A stretch of DNA of 64,000 bases. It comes from the human T2T-CHM13v2.0 reference genome, Homo sapiens. The translations under genes were made by a program, and so were the position numbers. How positions within the stretch are numbered: position 1 is the first letter of the stretch; every line of letters starts with the position of its first letter. Below the pieces are notes generated by a model. The model was not told the origin of the DNA, did no database searches, and worked only from the letters and a program-made list of their open reading frames with translations. The stretch lies in the NCBI RefSeq assembly GCF_009914755.1, contig NC_060925.1. One strand, 5' to 3'. Shown here one piece after another: positions 23,787-51,047 of this stretch.

Positions 23787-25968
23787 AGCCGTGGAGCCCG
23801 CTGGCCCTGGAGAGGGAGGGAGTGGAGGGAGAGGCCACCCGCCCTCGGACTGAGGGTCCCTAAGTTGGTCACCCTCCCCACGTCCCCACAAGTAGAGAGG
23901 ACCCTGGAAGGGCTCAGAGCATCCCAGACAGTGTGTGTACCTGCATGTGCACACCCCAACCCAGGTGGGCAGAGGAGGAAAGTTCTGGCATTTTGTGGAA
24001 GGTTCCACCCAGCGTTCACAAGGGTTTCCCACTGACAGTGAGAAAAAGCTTACATTTGCAATTGGTTCCTTGGAGGTTCAGGTGAACTGGGGGTCTTGGT
24101 GGGCAACACTGCTCTCCTGGGGCCTAAGTGGCCACATCTGCCCACAGGTGCAGTGAGTGGGGCCCGTGCACCATGGAGAGGGCACCCCCAGCATATTGCT
24201 GGCAACTGCAATGGCCCCAGGATGGGGCACGGCCCCTCCTGCTTGAAGCTGCCCAGGAAGCTCAGGTCTCCTTGTCCTGGGCTTAAGGTCACAGGTCCAA
24301 GAAAGCCCTGCTGTGTCCATGGAACCGGGTGTGGCGTGGCCACAGGAGGCTGGACACTGACCCAGAGCTCAGGACCCCCAAGGTCTGTAAGGCAGCCTGC
24401 AGCTCGAACCACATCCCCAGGAGCTGGGCTCCCCGCTCCACACAGTAGTGTCGCGGGCGGCACAGGGCAGCCCATGAGTGGCCACTGCTCCTCCAGTACC
24501 AGACTGGAGCTGGCTGGGGCCTCTGAAGGGCCAGGTGCCACCACATACCCAGCTGTCCCCCCGCCTTCATGTCCAGCACAGCATGGCCTCAGCTCACACC
24601 TCCCACCTCTGGGTGCACGGCCCTCAGCACAGGGCGTCGAATGCTGCTGCAGCTATGATGGTCCCTGGCTGTGGCCTGGGGCCACGGATGGGGAAAGACA
24701 GAGTCCAGGCCACCGAAGGTTGGCTCCAGGGAATTACAGCCCCTTAGAGCAGGGCGTGGGACCATCCTCCCACCACCTGCGCTGGCCGTGGCTCTGTGAA
24801 TCTCGTTTGCCTGGGAACCAGCCCAGGTGCCAACCCGCCCTCTCGGCCCCACAGGGGCCCCTGGGCAGGTGGGCTCAGGGCAGAGGCCGGTCACATGGGC
24901 ACCACAGGGCAGACTGAAGAGGACACACTCCCGGCTTCCCTGAGCTCCCACTGGGAGAGCCAGGACACAGCCTGGGCCCCCACACGCCACAGAGCAGGAC
25001 CCCCACCAGCCGTCCTAACACACCCCATTCTCTGCCCCATCTGGGGCTAGGCCTGCCCCACTGCACCCAAAGACCTTGCCATCCTCCACCCAAAACCCCC
25101 AGGCGGCTCTGTCTCCTGCCTTAAATGTCCAAACCCCAAACTCAGTGGGCACGTCTGCTGCCCCCTGACCCCTACTCACAAACGCAGCGCTGCCCTCCGT
25201 CCTCCCAGAGCCCCTGCCCGTTGCCACCTGCCAGGAGAATCACCTCGAACCGGCCATGACCTCCAACCCTCCACGTGACCCAGCACCAGCCTCCAGCGCT
25301 CCAGTGGAAACTGTAACCACAAACCTAGCACGCTGCTGTTGTGTTTTGTTTCACGCCCAAAGAATGAAGCTGACCAAAAAAGGCAACTATATTTAAAGTA
25401 AATGTATGTGATTCTTGTCACAACAAATATTTGCATTTTCTCAGCGGCAGCTGCGGGACCTGGGTGGCTCCGACACGCCAGGCCCGGGAAGGACCCGGCA
25501 CCCTCCCCTGAACTTCCTGGCTACTCATTTCCAGCGAAGTTTAATCTATTTTTAATAATCGTTCAGTTTTCAAGGAAATGGAGGAGCTGTTTTTTCCCAC
25601 GGAGCGGCGGCCCTGGGAGGGGCCGGGCCCAGAGGTTCCGGCCGCGATGCCGTCAGCGCCTTCGGCAGAGTGACTGAAGCGAGATTTCGTTCTCAGAAGT
25701 GAGATGCCACGATTTCGAGGGACCAGGGAGGAGGCGGCGCCGCGGGGCCACAGCCCAGCCCCGCGCCCCGACCGCGTCACAGCCAAAGCCCCGCCGGGGT
25801 GCGCGCTGCAGAGGGGACACGCCGCTCATCAACTGGGGCAGCCGCGGTCGGTCGGCCGGTGGCGGGCGGCAGGGAAGAGGTGGGGTCCGGGACAGCCACG
25901 GAGCCCGGAGTCACCCGCGAGGCCGCCCCGGTGGTGCGTGGGGGGCGGCGCGGGGCGCGGCCGGGCGC

Positions 25969-37250
<11,282 letters not shown>

Positions 37251-37499
37251 GGGGCGGGCTGCAGGGTGTGGGCCAGGTGCTGGGAGGGGCAGGGGCAGGG
37301 GCAGAGGAGGAAGTGAGGTCCTGGCTCCAATCCAATCCCCGGGCACCACGGAGGGCTCTGTGTCCCCAGGACGGCCGCAGGATGGGGACAAGCAGCTCAC
37401 AGTCTGCAGAGAGACACAGACACATCATTAGCAAGACTCAGCAAAGACTTCCCCAAGCACGTCTATCCTGCAACATGAAACATATCCTCGATTCACAGG

Positions 37500-37648
37500 A
37501 TCCAGACATGTGGCATCGCCTTCTCCAGACCACACGTGGCACTGCCTTCTCCAGACCACACGTGGCATTGTTTTCTCCGGGCCACACGTGGCATTTGTTT
37601 TCTCTGGACCACACGTGGCATTTGTTTTCTCCGGACCACACGTGGTGT
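37500..37648. repeat. 26-27-bp tandem repeat carrying CACGTG E-boxes
   Basis: CACGTG at 37533, 37559, 37585, 37612, 37639 and CATGTG at 37507. Confidence 0.9.
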
Positions 37649-37649
37649 T

Positions 37650-37966
37650 TTTTTCTTTATTTTTAGAAACAGGGTCTTGCTCTGTCACCCAGGCTGGAGT
37701 ACAGCGGTGACCACAGCTCACCGTGACCACGAACTCCTGGGCTCAGGTGATGCTCTGGGCTCAGGTGATGCTCTCGCCTCAGCCACCGGAGCAGCTGCGA
37801 CCACAGGCGTGCACCCCCACGCCCAGTAATTTATTTTTATTTTACTCTTTGTAGAGACGGGTCTCGCTGTATTGCTCAGGCTGGTCTCAAACTCCTGGCT
37901 TCAAGCGATCCTCTTGCCTCAGTCTCCCAACGTGCTGGGATTACAGGCGTGAGCCACTGTGCCCGG
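37650..37966 (-). mobile_element. AluJ-like
   Basis: Antisense Alu with a small internal duplication (GGGCTCAGGTGATGCTCT x2). Confidence 0.85.
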
Positions 37967-38768
37967 TCTTTTTTTTACAGACACTGAGTTTTCAGCCCTG
38001 TCTCTCCGTCTTTCCATCTCTCTCTCGAGCTGTCAGCACCTCCAGGGGCTAACCTGTCCCCATCGCCCAACACCTGCAGCACAGCTTTCCTGTGGGGCCC
38101 GGCTCTGTCCCTCCTGGCATCATGCCACTGACCCATGGGGTTAGGGTCACTCTCCAGACCCTGACTTGAACATTCTTGAGATCTATGACCTTAGCTAAGT
38201 CATGTGGCCTCCCCGGCCTCAGCTTCTCACTAAGAAACAGGAGGCTCCCCCTCTCCCCCCGACTGACCAGGCTTTGCGAAGACAGCCAACCCTAAGTGCA
38301 GAGGGCGTCAGGGCCTGGTCCCAGCAAACAAACACACAACCCCCACACACAGATGTGCACACACACATCCACACTCACGCATGCACGTATTACACACATG
38401 TGCCCTTGCCCACACTCGCGAGCGAACGCCAAGGCCGAGGAGCCCAGAAGTCTGTCCTGCCGTCCGAGGCGTGGCCAGTCCTGGTGGGAAGCAGGGGCTC
38501 ACAGGGCCTCATGCCTCATGTATCCCAAAGGGAACTCGGGGTCCTTCTCACCCACGAGCCTACTCCTTTCACAGTCTGCCCCTCCGGCAAACACCTGCGG
38601 GTCCTTTCGGGTGCCGCTGAGGCCCCGCCATGTCACAGCTGTTCCCTCAACACACATGGACTGAGACTCCTGTTCTGTGGCCGTCTTATTCAGCTTCACT
38701 GTTCTGGCACCTGCCACTCTGCCTGCACACAGTAGGCGCTCAACGAATGCTACCCTGGGTAATATTAA

Positions 38769-39215
<447 letters not shown>

Positions 39216-39979
39216 GATTTTCTGAACATGGCTGAGGGCTTTTCCCTTCCCTAGTGGTGGCATAATTCTATTCCTGTCGTCCCAGATCGCCTGACCAGGG
39301 GAGAGTCCTGGATAAGAACCAAGACACCTCCTCCTGGTGCTGACTCCACTAACTACAGTCGTAAAACACACGCTGTGTGCAAAGAGACTGTACTTTGTTC
39401 CTAGAGAAAATAAAGCTAGTTCTTGATTCTACATATCTTGATGAGTTACACGGTTTACTTGAGGCTGGAGGATCGTGAGACCAGCCTGGGCAACACAGTG
39501 AGACTGCGTCTCTTTAAAAAACAAAAACAAAAAGATAAGACCCTGTCTCGAAAAAGGGGGAATAAAAAGTAACCCAAAAGTAACTATAAATATCAGGAGT
39601 CCATCAAGTGGCGCTTCCTCTCCTGGCTTCAGAGTATCTATTCATCACGGTGTGCCAGGTTCGCAGCACAGCGGAGCGGGCCGGTCCCACCGGAATGGGG
39701 TTTCGACTTCGCCATCCCCTAGCAGCTCAGTTCCCAGCAAGGAATCAACACACCCTTGCAAAACGGACGTGGGAAACAGCTTAGGCAGAGACGCTATTTC
39801 TTTGCCATCCCTGGGCTTCAGCTCTGGTGGAACGAGGCTATTTCTGGCAGTTAACAACACACACGGTTAGATTCTAAAAGCTCAACAGGGTTCATAACAC
39901 CGCCTCTGAGCCAGACATCAAGGGCTCCACACAGCCGACTTCACATCTCCAAATCCTACTAACTGGGGATGAGGGTCCA

Positions 39980-41725
<1,746 letters not shown>

Positions 41726-43475
41726 GCCGCCGCGGCCCGGCCCTCCGGGACACCTGCTTCACCCGGCGGCGCCTTGGGGCAGGTGCCGAGCGGGCGCACT
41801 ACGCCCGGGCCCCAAGGCCCCCGTCCCGCAGCCACGCTTGTGGTCGCTGCGTCCCGGTCTGCGTTTGGGAGACCCCTGGGGGTTGCCGGGGCAGCGCGCC
41901 GTGTCCAGGTGGAGGTGCCCGTTCCTGGACCTCAGCGAGCCTGAGCCGGGCCCGGCCGCACGCTGACCCCCGTGCTGTCCCCGACCGGCTCACGGGGCTG
42001 GGCTCCGATCTTCCGTGTCTCTTATCAGTGGCGTTTCTCACGTCTGCGTCTCAGATCTAACGTGGTTTCACATCAATCCGCTTTCATGGGATTTTGGTCT
42101 CTGTCCAGTGACTTCGTGGTAAATGTAACTCAGTGTTTGCTTGCGACTTATTTATAAATATTGTAAGTTTGTGTCGATGAGTGTAAGTTGGCAGTGCGCA
42201 CGTCTCGGTTTTTTTACATGATTTAAGGAAAGACTTTTATGTCAGAACTTGGTGCCTGTACCGTCAACCCCGCTGCTGCCCGTGTTTAAACGCAGGAGAA
42301 CTTTAAAACTGGCCATCTATCTTTTCAGTGTACAAGTCACTGAACCCATTGTTTCTTTCTGAAGAGACTTTCCTTTCAAGGCTTCCCATGGGTCCGCGCC
42401 ACACAGGGCCGGTGCTGCTTTATTTCAGACTCTGCCCCAGGTTCCAGGAATCCGAACCCCGGAGTGCTGACGCGGTTCCCCAACTTCCGCCTTAAGAAAA
42501 CAGGACCAGCCGGCACCAGGCCCGTCTCTCACGTACTTTAACACATCCTTGAAAGCCCCTCGTTTAATGAGAAAAGCGAACACTGCGGTCCTTGCCAAAG
42601 TAAAATGAAGCTGCCCCAGGACAAGGGGTTACCATGAGCTCCCTGGAGTCCGACGCGGGTTTTCTCTCTGGGGGACCTGGGTGGTCCCCGCTGTGGTCTT
42701 TGTTGTCCCACTTTGGGACCGGGTCCAGTCTGGGGTCTAGTCTCGAGCATCAGGGTCAGGCTCGGGGCAGGGCTGGGTTAGGCTCCGGGTCAGTCTTGCC
42801 ATGGGTTTGGGAGCAGGTTTGGGTTACTTGCGTTTGAAGGCAGCAGTGGTCTCAGGAGGAAGAAACGGGGGCGGGAGAGAGTGGTGATCTGTGGTCAGTG
42901 GGTCAGTGACCTGCACGGTGATTCTCCCACCTCCAAAAGGTAGGGGTGGGACTGGAGGCGTCCCTAGGTCAGGCCGTTGAGTTCGAGCTCCGATGGGCCA
43001 CCTTGAATCCAGGACTGACCGCCCGTGTGTGCACAGTTTGTTCTTGGACGAGGACTCGTGAGGATCGAGGGCTGGGGACCCCGGTGTGAGCAGGATGGGG
43101 CCCTGCCCTCCCGTGGGAGTTGTGGACTCGAGCCCAGGGGCTGCCCGTCACAGCGGTGTCCCAGGTCCCTGCCATCCGATTTTACCTGGGATGTCTTCTC
43201 TGGAGTTTGGAATTGCTTGAGGAACCCTGCGTGTGCTTGGAGAGGCCAGAGGGCTTGCTGAGAACCCCATGGACAGTGGAGAGCGGGATTCGAACCAAGG
43301 GCTGGACTCCCACACCTCTGGCCTGCGTCGCCCAGTTCTTTGTGGCTCTGAAGAATTGGCCGCTGTGGAAAAGAGCAAATGTCCGAGACCCCCAACAGGA
43401 AGAGTCTAAAAATCCAGTTTGCAACCACTTCTGACCTACAAAAAAATGGAAATTTAGTGTTTTTCAGCCTAAGAC

Positions 43476-43481
43476 ATTAAA
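43476..43481 (+). terminator. ATTAAA poly(A) signal of B3GALT6 (about 1.75-kb 3' UTR)
   Basis: ATTAAA in an AT-rich patch ending the UTR-like segment. Confidence 0.7.
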
Positions 43482-44293
43482 TTTCATATCAGAACAAAGC
43501 CTGCCCCAGGCTGACCCTCCCCAGCCGTACCGTGGTGAACGGGTTCAGAGGATACGTGGGCTGAAGGCTGGGCCTCGGGAGGGCTGGGGGCTTCCAGAGC
43601 CGGGGCAGCTGCAGCTCTCTCTGGTCTCACCTGGAACTTGCCCTGTAGATCCTCCCTGCCCTGCGGCTCCAATCGACCGTGCACGGGCCGTGGCATCCGT
43701 CCCCCAGGCGTCCTTCCCTGGTCTTAGCTTGTACAGCTCCCCACCCACCCAGGTACTCGGTTCCCGGAGACCAGGGCCAAACCAGGAGGCCCTCGGGAGA
43801 TGGGGGGTCACCGAATTCATTTCCATGTGGGAACTTGGGATACAAAACAGCCAACTCTTCCTCAGCCACACGGATGTTTCTCCTCTAGTGGCCCCGAGAA
43901 CCTACCATGGAGGGGACAGTGTCAGGGCTGGACGGGCACGGCGCAGCCACACGCACACAGCCCCCAGGAGGCACAGGGCCGGCAGGGAATGCAGGTCAAG
44001 CCAAGAGGATGGGCTCTGGTCCCTTCAGGATCCCCCAGGAGGAGAGCACCCCCTTCTGCCCTCTTCCTGGGGACTATGGTCCTGCCTCTCTGCCCCCTGA
44101 GGCTGGCATGCAGGCACCTGACGTTGGCTCCAGCTCTCTGGGCCAGCCCTGGGTACCCGCCGGGCCTGTGGCCTGGTTGGTCACCCCCAAGATGCAAAGT
44201 GCTACCTGCATCCGGAGGCACCCCCGCCCCTGAGGCCTCCAGGTTCCCACCTGCCCACCTGTGTCTGGCTGGGATCCTGGCTGTCAAGGCTCC

Positions 44294-44720
44294 TGTTACG
44301 GGACTGAACTGTGCCCCCTAAAAGATATTCCAAGCCCTAACCCAGCAGCTACAAACTGACCTTGTCTGGAAGTCGGGTCTCTGCAGGTGGAATTGCGTTA
44401 AGGCAAGGTCCTGAGGTGGCCTTACTCCCACGGAACTGGTGTCCTTACCAGAAAAGACCTGGGAAAAAGCCACTGTGTGGCTAGAGACTGACACCCAGGC
44501 GATGCCTCTGCAGGCCAAGGATTGAGGACCCTCCACCCCCACCCCACCAGGCAAGGAAGGGCTCTACCCAGAGTCAGGAGCGTGGCCTCCAGGGCTGCGA
44601 GGGAAGACGCCCCGTCCAGCAGCCCCAGGATGCCAGCCCAGTTCCCTGTGCCCGGCGCTCTTCGGTGCAGACGCAGGCAGGGGCTCCTGCAACCTTGTGG
44701 CATCACAGACGCCCAGCACT
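44294..44720 (+). mobile_element. MLT1 (MaLR) LTR remnant
   Basis: TGTTACGGGACTGAACTGTGCCCCCTAAAAGATAT...GACCTTGTCTGGAAGTCGGGTCT...TGGTGTCCTTA. Confidence 0.6.
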
Positions 44721-47700
44721 GACTGGGCCCAGATCTCCTCCCCGCAGGGCTCAGCACACACCCTGTTCCCGGCAGGCCTCCATCAGTCCAGCCTGCAGCA
44801 GGGCTGCCCCCGCGGCCTGGGTCACCCCAGACTCTTCCACCCTCTCCCTGGCTGACTGTCCCAGCTCAGAGTCCTCAGGTCTAAGGGGGTCACGGCCCTC
44901 CTGTGGCCCCACCGGCCCCAGGCTCCCCAGCTGTGGCACTGTGAGACCAGCTGACGTTGCAGGAATGGAAGCCCCAGCGGCCCAGACGGCTTGGGGAGTC
45001 CTCGGGAGCAGGTGGCCAGAGACAGGTGCGTGCCAGGCCCTCCGCACCCAGAGCGGGGCCGGGAGGAGAGAGGAGGCCCCTTGTTCGCGCAAGGCCCTGC
45101 TTCCTGGGCCCACAGCAGCCTGTCAGAAGTTTCCAGCTCCTTGGACTGGCTGTGTGGGGCCTGCTCCCTGGTTTCAGGGGCCTGGGAAGGGCTTGGCGCT
45201 TTTTCCTGGTTTCCTACTCTGAGGTGAGCTGGCGTCTCCCTCTCCCACTGTGGGCTGAGGGGAAAGACCTCTGTGTCCATCCCACAGGCCTGGCCAATCT
45301 CTGGGGTCCTCAAAGAGGAGGCTTTTGAGGGGGCACAGCCCAAACCCCTGGGCCTCCCCTTGAGGTCTCCTCCCAGCCCCCACCCAGAGGACCTTCCCAC
45401 AGCCTTGGGAGCTGAAACCCAGGCCACCCCATCAAGTTGGCCTCTGTGGGTGTACACACTCCTTTCCCTCAGGGCCAGGGTGGGTCCCCACCCCCAGCAC
45501 TCACAGCCCCTCCTTCTCTGGCCTCCCTGCCCTCCGCACCCTCCCTGCTAGATGCTGGTGCCGCTAGCCCTGCCCTGATGGCCACACTGCACCACGCTGG
45601 CCAGGTCAGAACCACCCGAGGAGAAGAACCAAGATCTGGCCCCACCCTGTCCTCCTCGGAAGGTCTCTCTGGGGCCCACCCCCTCCTCCCTCCCCAAGGA
45701 TCTGAGCCTCCCTCACCGAGGTTCCCAGTGGAGGTAGACAGTGGATGAGTGATCCCAGGAGAGCTGGCTGCAGCCAAGGGGCTGAAGGGAGGTGGAGGCG
45801 GGAGGGGCAGGAAGGAGGATCTGGAAGGCCCCAGGCGCTCCCCACCCATCCAGCCTCGGCCTCTGTCCTGGTCGCGTTGCCCAGCGAGGCCTCTCCTTGG
45901 GCTGGGGCTCGGGTACTCTGCCCTGGTCGGGGCCACAGATGCCGCAAAGTCCCCTCAACTCAGCTAGCCAGGGTGCAAGACCGCGCCCACAGCTGAGAAG
46001 CCAGGGGTTACGAGTGTGGCCCTGCCAGGACCTCCTCAGCTGCATCCTCCAGAGTAAACACAGGTGGCCGCAGATCTTCCAGGGCCGGCCGGGCAGGCAG
46101 GACAGGAGCCCAGGAGGGCCGCAGTCCAGCTCCCCTCCCCGCTGACCCAGGGCCGGACCCAGCCCGGTGACTGGAGCAGAAGGAAACCCAAGCCCCAGGC
46201 CCTCCCTCCGGTGGCATCCGAAGGTCTCAGCGGCCCCAGCCTCCCCCAGGGGCCCCGCACCCGCCACCGCCCACCTCAGACCGGAGAGAGAGTGAGGGAT
46301 GGGCAGAGCCAGGCCCAAGTCCCCGCCGGGGCGACGGTCACGGTGCCTCACCCTCAACCGCCTCACCCAGACCTTCCGACCCAGGAACAGCTGAACTCAG
46401 CCTAAAAAGCACCCGTCCCGAGGGCCTGAGTCCGGCCGTGGTGCCTCCTGCTGCAGAGATGTGTTTTGCACACTCCTGTGTGGCAGGGAGAGGCCCGGGC
46501 GTGCGGGCTGGGGGCCCAAGGGGTCTGGAGACGCTTCCCTGCGGAGACGGGGTTTGCCCAGCCCCCACCTGTCACGCTTCTCGTCACCCCCAAGTGAGGG
46601 CCGTGGGCGCGGGCGGGGTGGGCAGGAGGCCCTGCTGGGCTGGGTCACACGCATGACACCTGGCTGTCGCAACACAGATATCATCACGCCCGGGCACCCG
46701 TGAGTCACTGGCCCAGAGCAGGGGCTGCCCCCAGCCTCCCAAACAAAGACCCTTTGTCCCCAGGCCTCTGGTGCCAGGCCCACCTGTACAGCAGTCAGAT
46801 GCGCAGGCGGACAGACACGCCGGTGGCTCGGCAGGCACAGGCAGGGCCAGGGCGTGTTCCCGCAACCAGACACGCTGCCATTCCTGGGTCAGGGTCAGGC
46901 TGAGGGAGACCCCTGGGGGACAGGCCCTGAGGTCACCATAGCTCAGAGTGACCTGAACTGGGAGTCCAAGCACAGACTGGCCAAGCCCAGCCCGTGAGCG
47001 ACGGCCCCAGGACGCGGCGCCGAGCTCTGCCCCCAGCTCCAGCTCCCAGCGGCGTCGGAGCACAGCAGATCCCAGGGCAGCGCTCTGCAGGCAGGAAAGA
47101 GCTTCCCCTTGGGACAGCGCGCTGAGCAGCCCCCAGCTGAGGGTGGGAGCCCCGTCCCTGGACCCCTTCACGCAGTTCAGGGAGCCCCACATGCCGAAGC
47201 AGCCGTCACAGCTCCATGGGCCCCTCTGCTGTCCCTGGCAGGACCGAAGCTATGTGGCCTCCCGGACGCCAGGGACCCCGGCCACGCCCGCTCCAGGCAC
47301 TGAGTGGCCAGCCAAGCGCTCGGGCCCGGGGTCCTGGACGGCTGTTCTGGGTTTGTTCTCAAGGGGGCCGTGCTGCTGGCTCTGTAGAGAGTCCCAGTCC
47401 CAGGGCAGAGACCCACACAGATGTGCAGACACGTGGGCACACACGCACCAGTCGCAGGGACACACAACTGTCAACCCGGGGTCAACACGGGGCACCTGGG
47501 TACATAGATTTTTACAAAGCAGGGCAGGCAGGTCTGTTTGGACCCTACACAGCCCCTACATGCCCCCAGGCCATTCTTGTTCCAAGGCCCAGATGACAGT
47601 GGTCACCAGGTGTGGTGTGGTCTGGGGTCTGGGACAGGCCCCAGGAACGCCCTGGGCTTACTCCAGAGAGGCTGGCAGGCAGTCCGAGGGGCCTTTGGAG

Positions 47701-49004
47701 CAGACACCCTCCCAGCTGCAGGGCGGCAGGGGCGGCAGGGGTGACAGAGGCGGGGAGAAGGATGCGAAGACAAGATGCCAAAGCTGGGCCTCCAGCGCCT
47801 GCCTGTCCTGGCTGCAGCCCCAGGGTCCACACCCAGGCGCCCCCAGGGGCCAGGCCAGGGCAGCCGCATCTCCTACGTACCCCAACAGTGGGGCCCTTGA
47901 GGCACCGGGGACGGATGGGCAATGGTGTCCACACCTGACAGGCGGGGCCGGAGCGGGGCCCAGCCTCCTCCTCACAGCCAGGAGCCCCCAGCCCTGCCTC
48001 CCCTGGCTCCTGCTGCCCCCTCAGGGTGGCTGCCGCACCTGGCCCCAAGAGGACTTCCTGGCTGCCCTGAGCTCCCGTCCGCATTTCTGTCCATTCAAGA
48101 CCAGGACAGCACCAGGGCTGGGAATACTGGCTCCGACCCAGCCGAGGCAGCCCCGGGGCAGGGTGGGTCAGGCAGGTCCAGCGCTGGGACTCTAGGGAAG
48201 GGCTGGTCCTGTGAGCAGACGAGCTGGAGGGTTGGTGGGGGGAGTGTCCCCGCACCGGGCATGGCCCCTCCCAGGATGGCAGGGAGCCCACGGCAGGAGT
48301 GTCCGATGCCCCCAGCCCCGGCCAGGCAGCAGGGTCGGCCTGCGGTTCTGGGAAGTCAGCCCTGGTGGAGGTCACGGAGAAGCCGGCAGCTCCCTGCCGC
48401 TCAGGGCATGGGGTCAAGGGTCAGGGGTCAGGGGTCGGGTTGAGGCCGTCCGGCACGTAGCCGGCTGCTCTGGCTTTGCTCCTGCCAGGGTCCACGAAGC
48501 TGCCAGACGCTTGGGACACTCAATACCCCAGCTCCCAAACCGGGGGGCACAGGCCTGAAGAGATCCGTTTCCCTGGGCTCCCCAGGTCCCCCAGCCAGCC
48601 CAGACCCCAAGCAACAGCAGCTCTGGCTGGCCTGCACCTGCCCCGGGGACCCCACGCTCCGGCTGGGTGAGTGACAGGCATCTCCCACCCTCGTCAAGAG
48701 TCCAGGGTCCCTTCTATGGCAAACATTGCAGTGTGGGTCCAGCCCAGGAGGTGAGGCTGAGAGAGAATGAAGGGGTGCAGCTGGGCTGGGCCAGAGGATG
48801 GAGCCTTGGCTGGGTGGGCTGGGAGCCTGGACCCTCCTGTGAGGCCGCCCACCCCACCCCGACCTGTCCATTCCTTTGCTCCTGGGTGCCCAGAGGGGGC
48901 TAGAGATGGCACATTCCAGGGGAATTGCGGCTAAGTGGCTGATCACCTCCCACTGGGGCAGAAACCAGGAGGCAGAGGCCAGGGAGGTGGTGCCAGCACC
49001 AGGA

Positions 49005-49240
49005 CATCCCCACGCCCCCCATTCACCCTGGCCCCAGCCCCCCCCATTCACCCTGGCCCCCATGCCAGCCCCCAGCCACCCCCGACCAGCCCCCATCCCC
49101 CACCTCATTCACCCCGGCCGTGGTCCCTGCCCCAGCCCCCGCCGCCCCCATTCACCCCGGCCGTGGTCCCTGCCCCAGCCCCCGCCGCCCCCATTCACCC
49201 GGGCCCTGGCCCCCAACTCATTCAGCCCCGGCCCCCCGCC
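49005..49240. repeat. C-rich degenerate repeat (CCCCATTCACCC(T/C)GGCC...)
   Basis: About six CATTCA(C/G)CCC units. Confidence 0.75.
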
Positions 49241-50967
49241 CCACCACTCCACGTCTCTTTGTCTCTCATCACCATCTTGCTCTACGCGGCCCTGGGTCCC
49301 ATTTCTGGCATGTCCATCTGTCATCACAGCTCCTACCTCCGGGACTGGGTAGGGTGGGGGACTGGCTGCTGCTGAAGAACCTAGAGGGCCCCCATTCCCG
49401 GATGGTGAGGCCCCAGGCGGTGTTCAGAAAGGCCTGGCTGGGTGCTGCCTGATCCTGGGTGCCTGCCCCCAGCCCGTTCTTGCCCAGGGTTGGCCCGTCA
49501 GTTTGGGGAGGAGCCACTGAAAACTGGAAGCAAACAGGGGAGTCCGCAGCCCAGGGCTCACGCCAACCAGGAAGGTGCAGGCCACGCTCCTGCCTCTGCC
49601 TCCTCAGGGCCCCCACACTGCTGTCCCCGCTGACCCAGCTCCAGGAGGGCCCGGCACAACCTTGGTTCCCCCTGTACAGATGCACAGCTGCCCGACTCTC
49701 TGGAAGGGAGCACTCTTGAGTGCTGTGGCCAAGCAGGGCAGGGGCTGCAGAAGGGAGACCCCCCGTTCCAGATCCAGGCCCCAGGGGGCAGGCCGTGCCC
49801 ACAGAAGGGGTGCTGAGGGCAGAGAGGAGCCCCTAAGCCGGGGCCACAGCCTTGGCAAGTGAAGCAGAGGCCCCTCCAGACAGCCCCAGCCCCTGACGCC
49901 ACTCTGGGGGGCCCAGGGAGAGAGGTGGGGACGGGTCACCACCCAAGCCCACCTCGTGCCGATTGGCGCCTGCCCACACACCTCGTCGCAGGGCTGGGCT
50001 GTCCCGCCTCACTGCCCAGCAAGCCTTGGGGAGGGCCCCTTCTGTGCCAGCCCCGGCAGCTCCAGGTCCCAGGGGAGGGGTAACAGCCGTGGGCTCTGGC
50101 CTCTTCCAACCTCCCCAACCCCACCAGCGACTAAGGGCTCTGGATGCCAACCAGAGATGGCATCTCCGCAGCTCAGCAGAGGCCTGGACGTCCTGAGGCC
50201 AGTTTACACTCTTTGGTGTGGGTTTGCCAGAGCCAAAATGGGGTGGGGGTGGGGCCCAAATCCACAGGACCTGCCAGGGAGCAGCAGCATGATGGTCACA
50301 TATGGGGCCCACCCCACCCTCCATGGGGCAGTTCTGGCCCCTAAGGCCCCCGAGAGGCCCTGGTCATTAGAGTGCGGCCATACCGAGAGCAGGCGAGGAG
50401 AAGCCTGCTGGTTCCAGCCCTGCTCCACCTGGGTGCCCCGGGCACGGCACGGTCTGGGCGCACCTGAGCCCGCAGGGGTGCCTTTCAGCTCCACACGCCT
50501 GCGGCGGCCAGCACATGCAAGCACGCGGTCCCGTGTGTGGCATGCACGTCCTCTTGCCCTGCACAGAGCCCCCCACAGGACGCAGGCCTCCCGAGGGCCC
50601 AGAACAGTGCTGCTCTCCAACCTCTGGGGCTTCCAGTGCCCCACGGCCTGCTGCTCCCCCAAGGCTGGACAGGCCGTGGGCAGAGCTGAGTGGGGCCGGC
50701 ACGGACAGTGGTCCTTGTCCTCAGGGTCGACGTGGCCCCTGCAGGGGCTACCAGGGCAGCGCCCAGCCTCTTGCCATCACCATAATCCCGGGCCAGGTAA
50801 GTCGGCCCCGAGGGAGGCTCTACGGCCCATACCCCAAGCTACCGGGCTCCCCTGTGAACAGCACCCTTCTGCCCCCACCCATCTCCCGCCGACCTCGGCA
50901 GCCTGGCTTCCACCCCCAGTGAAACATCCAGGCAGCACTCGAAGGCAGTGGGGAGGGTGGAGGGCTC

Positions 50968-50973
50968 TTTATT
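50968..50973 (-). terminator. AATAAA poly(A) signal of C1QTNF12
   Basis: TTTATT on + strand 75 nt past the stop. Confidence 0.85.
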
Positions 50974-51047
50974 GTGGTGACCACGGGCATCAGTAGGAGG
51001 GTCCCCGGGATCCGGCGGCAGCTCCTCGCCAGCCCCCCTGGGCGCCC

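Noticed and set aside
43500-50900. Hidden gene between B3GALT6 and C1QTNF12 (e.g. 350-aa and 346-aa ORFs)
   Set aside because: P/G/R/A-biased ORFs on both strands, as expected from GC content. No recognisable domain or exon chain
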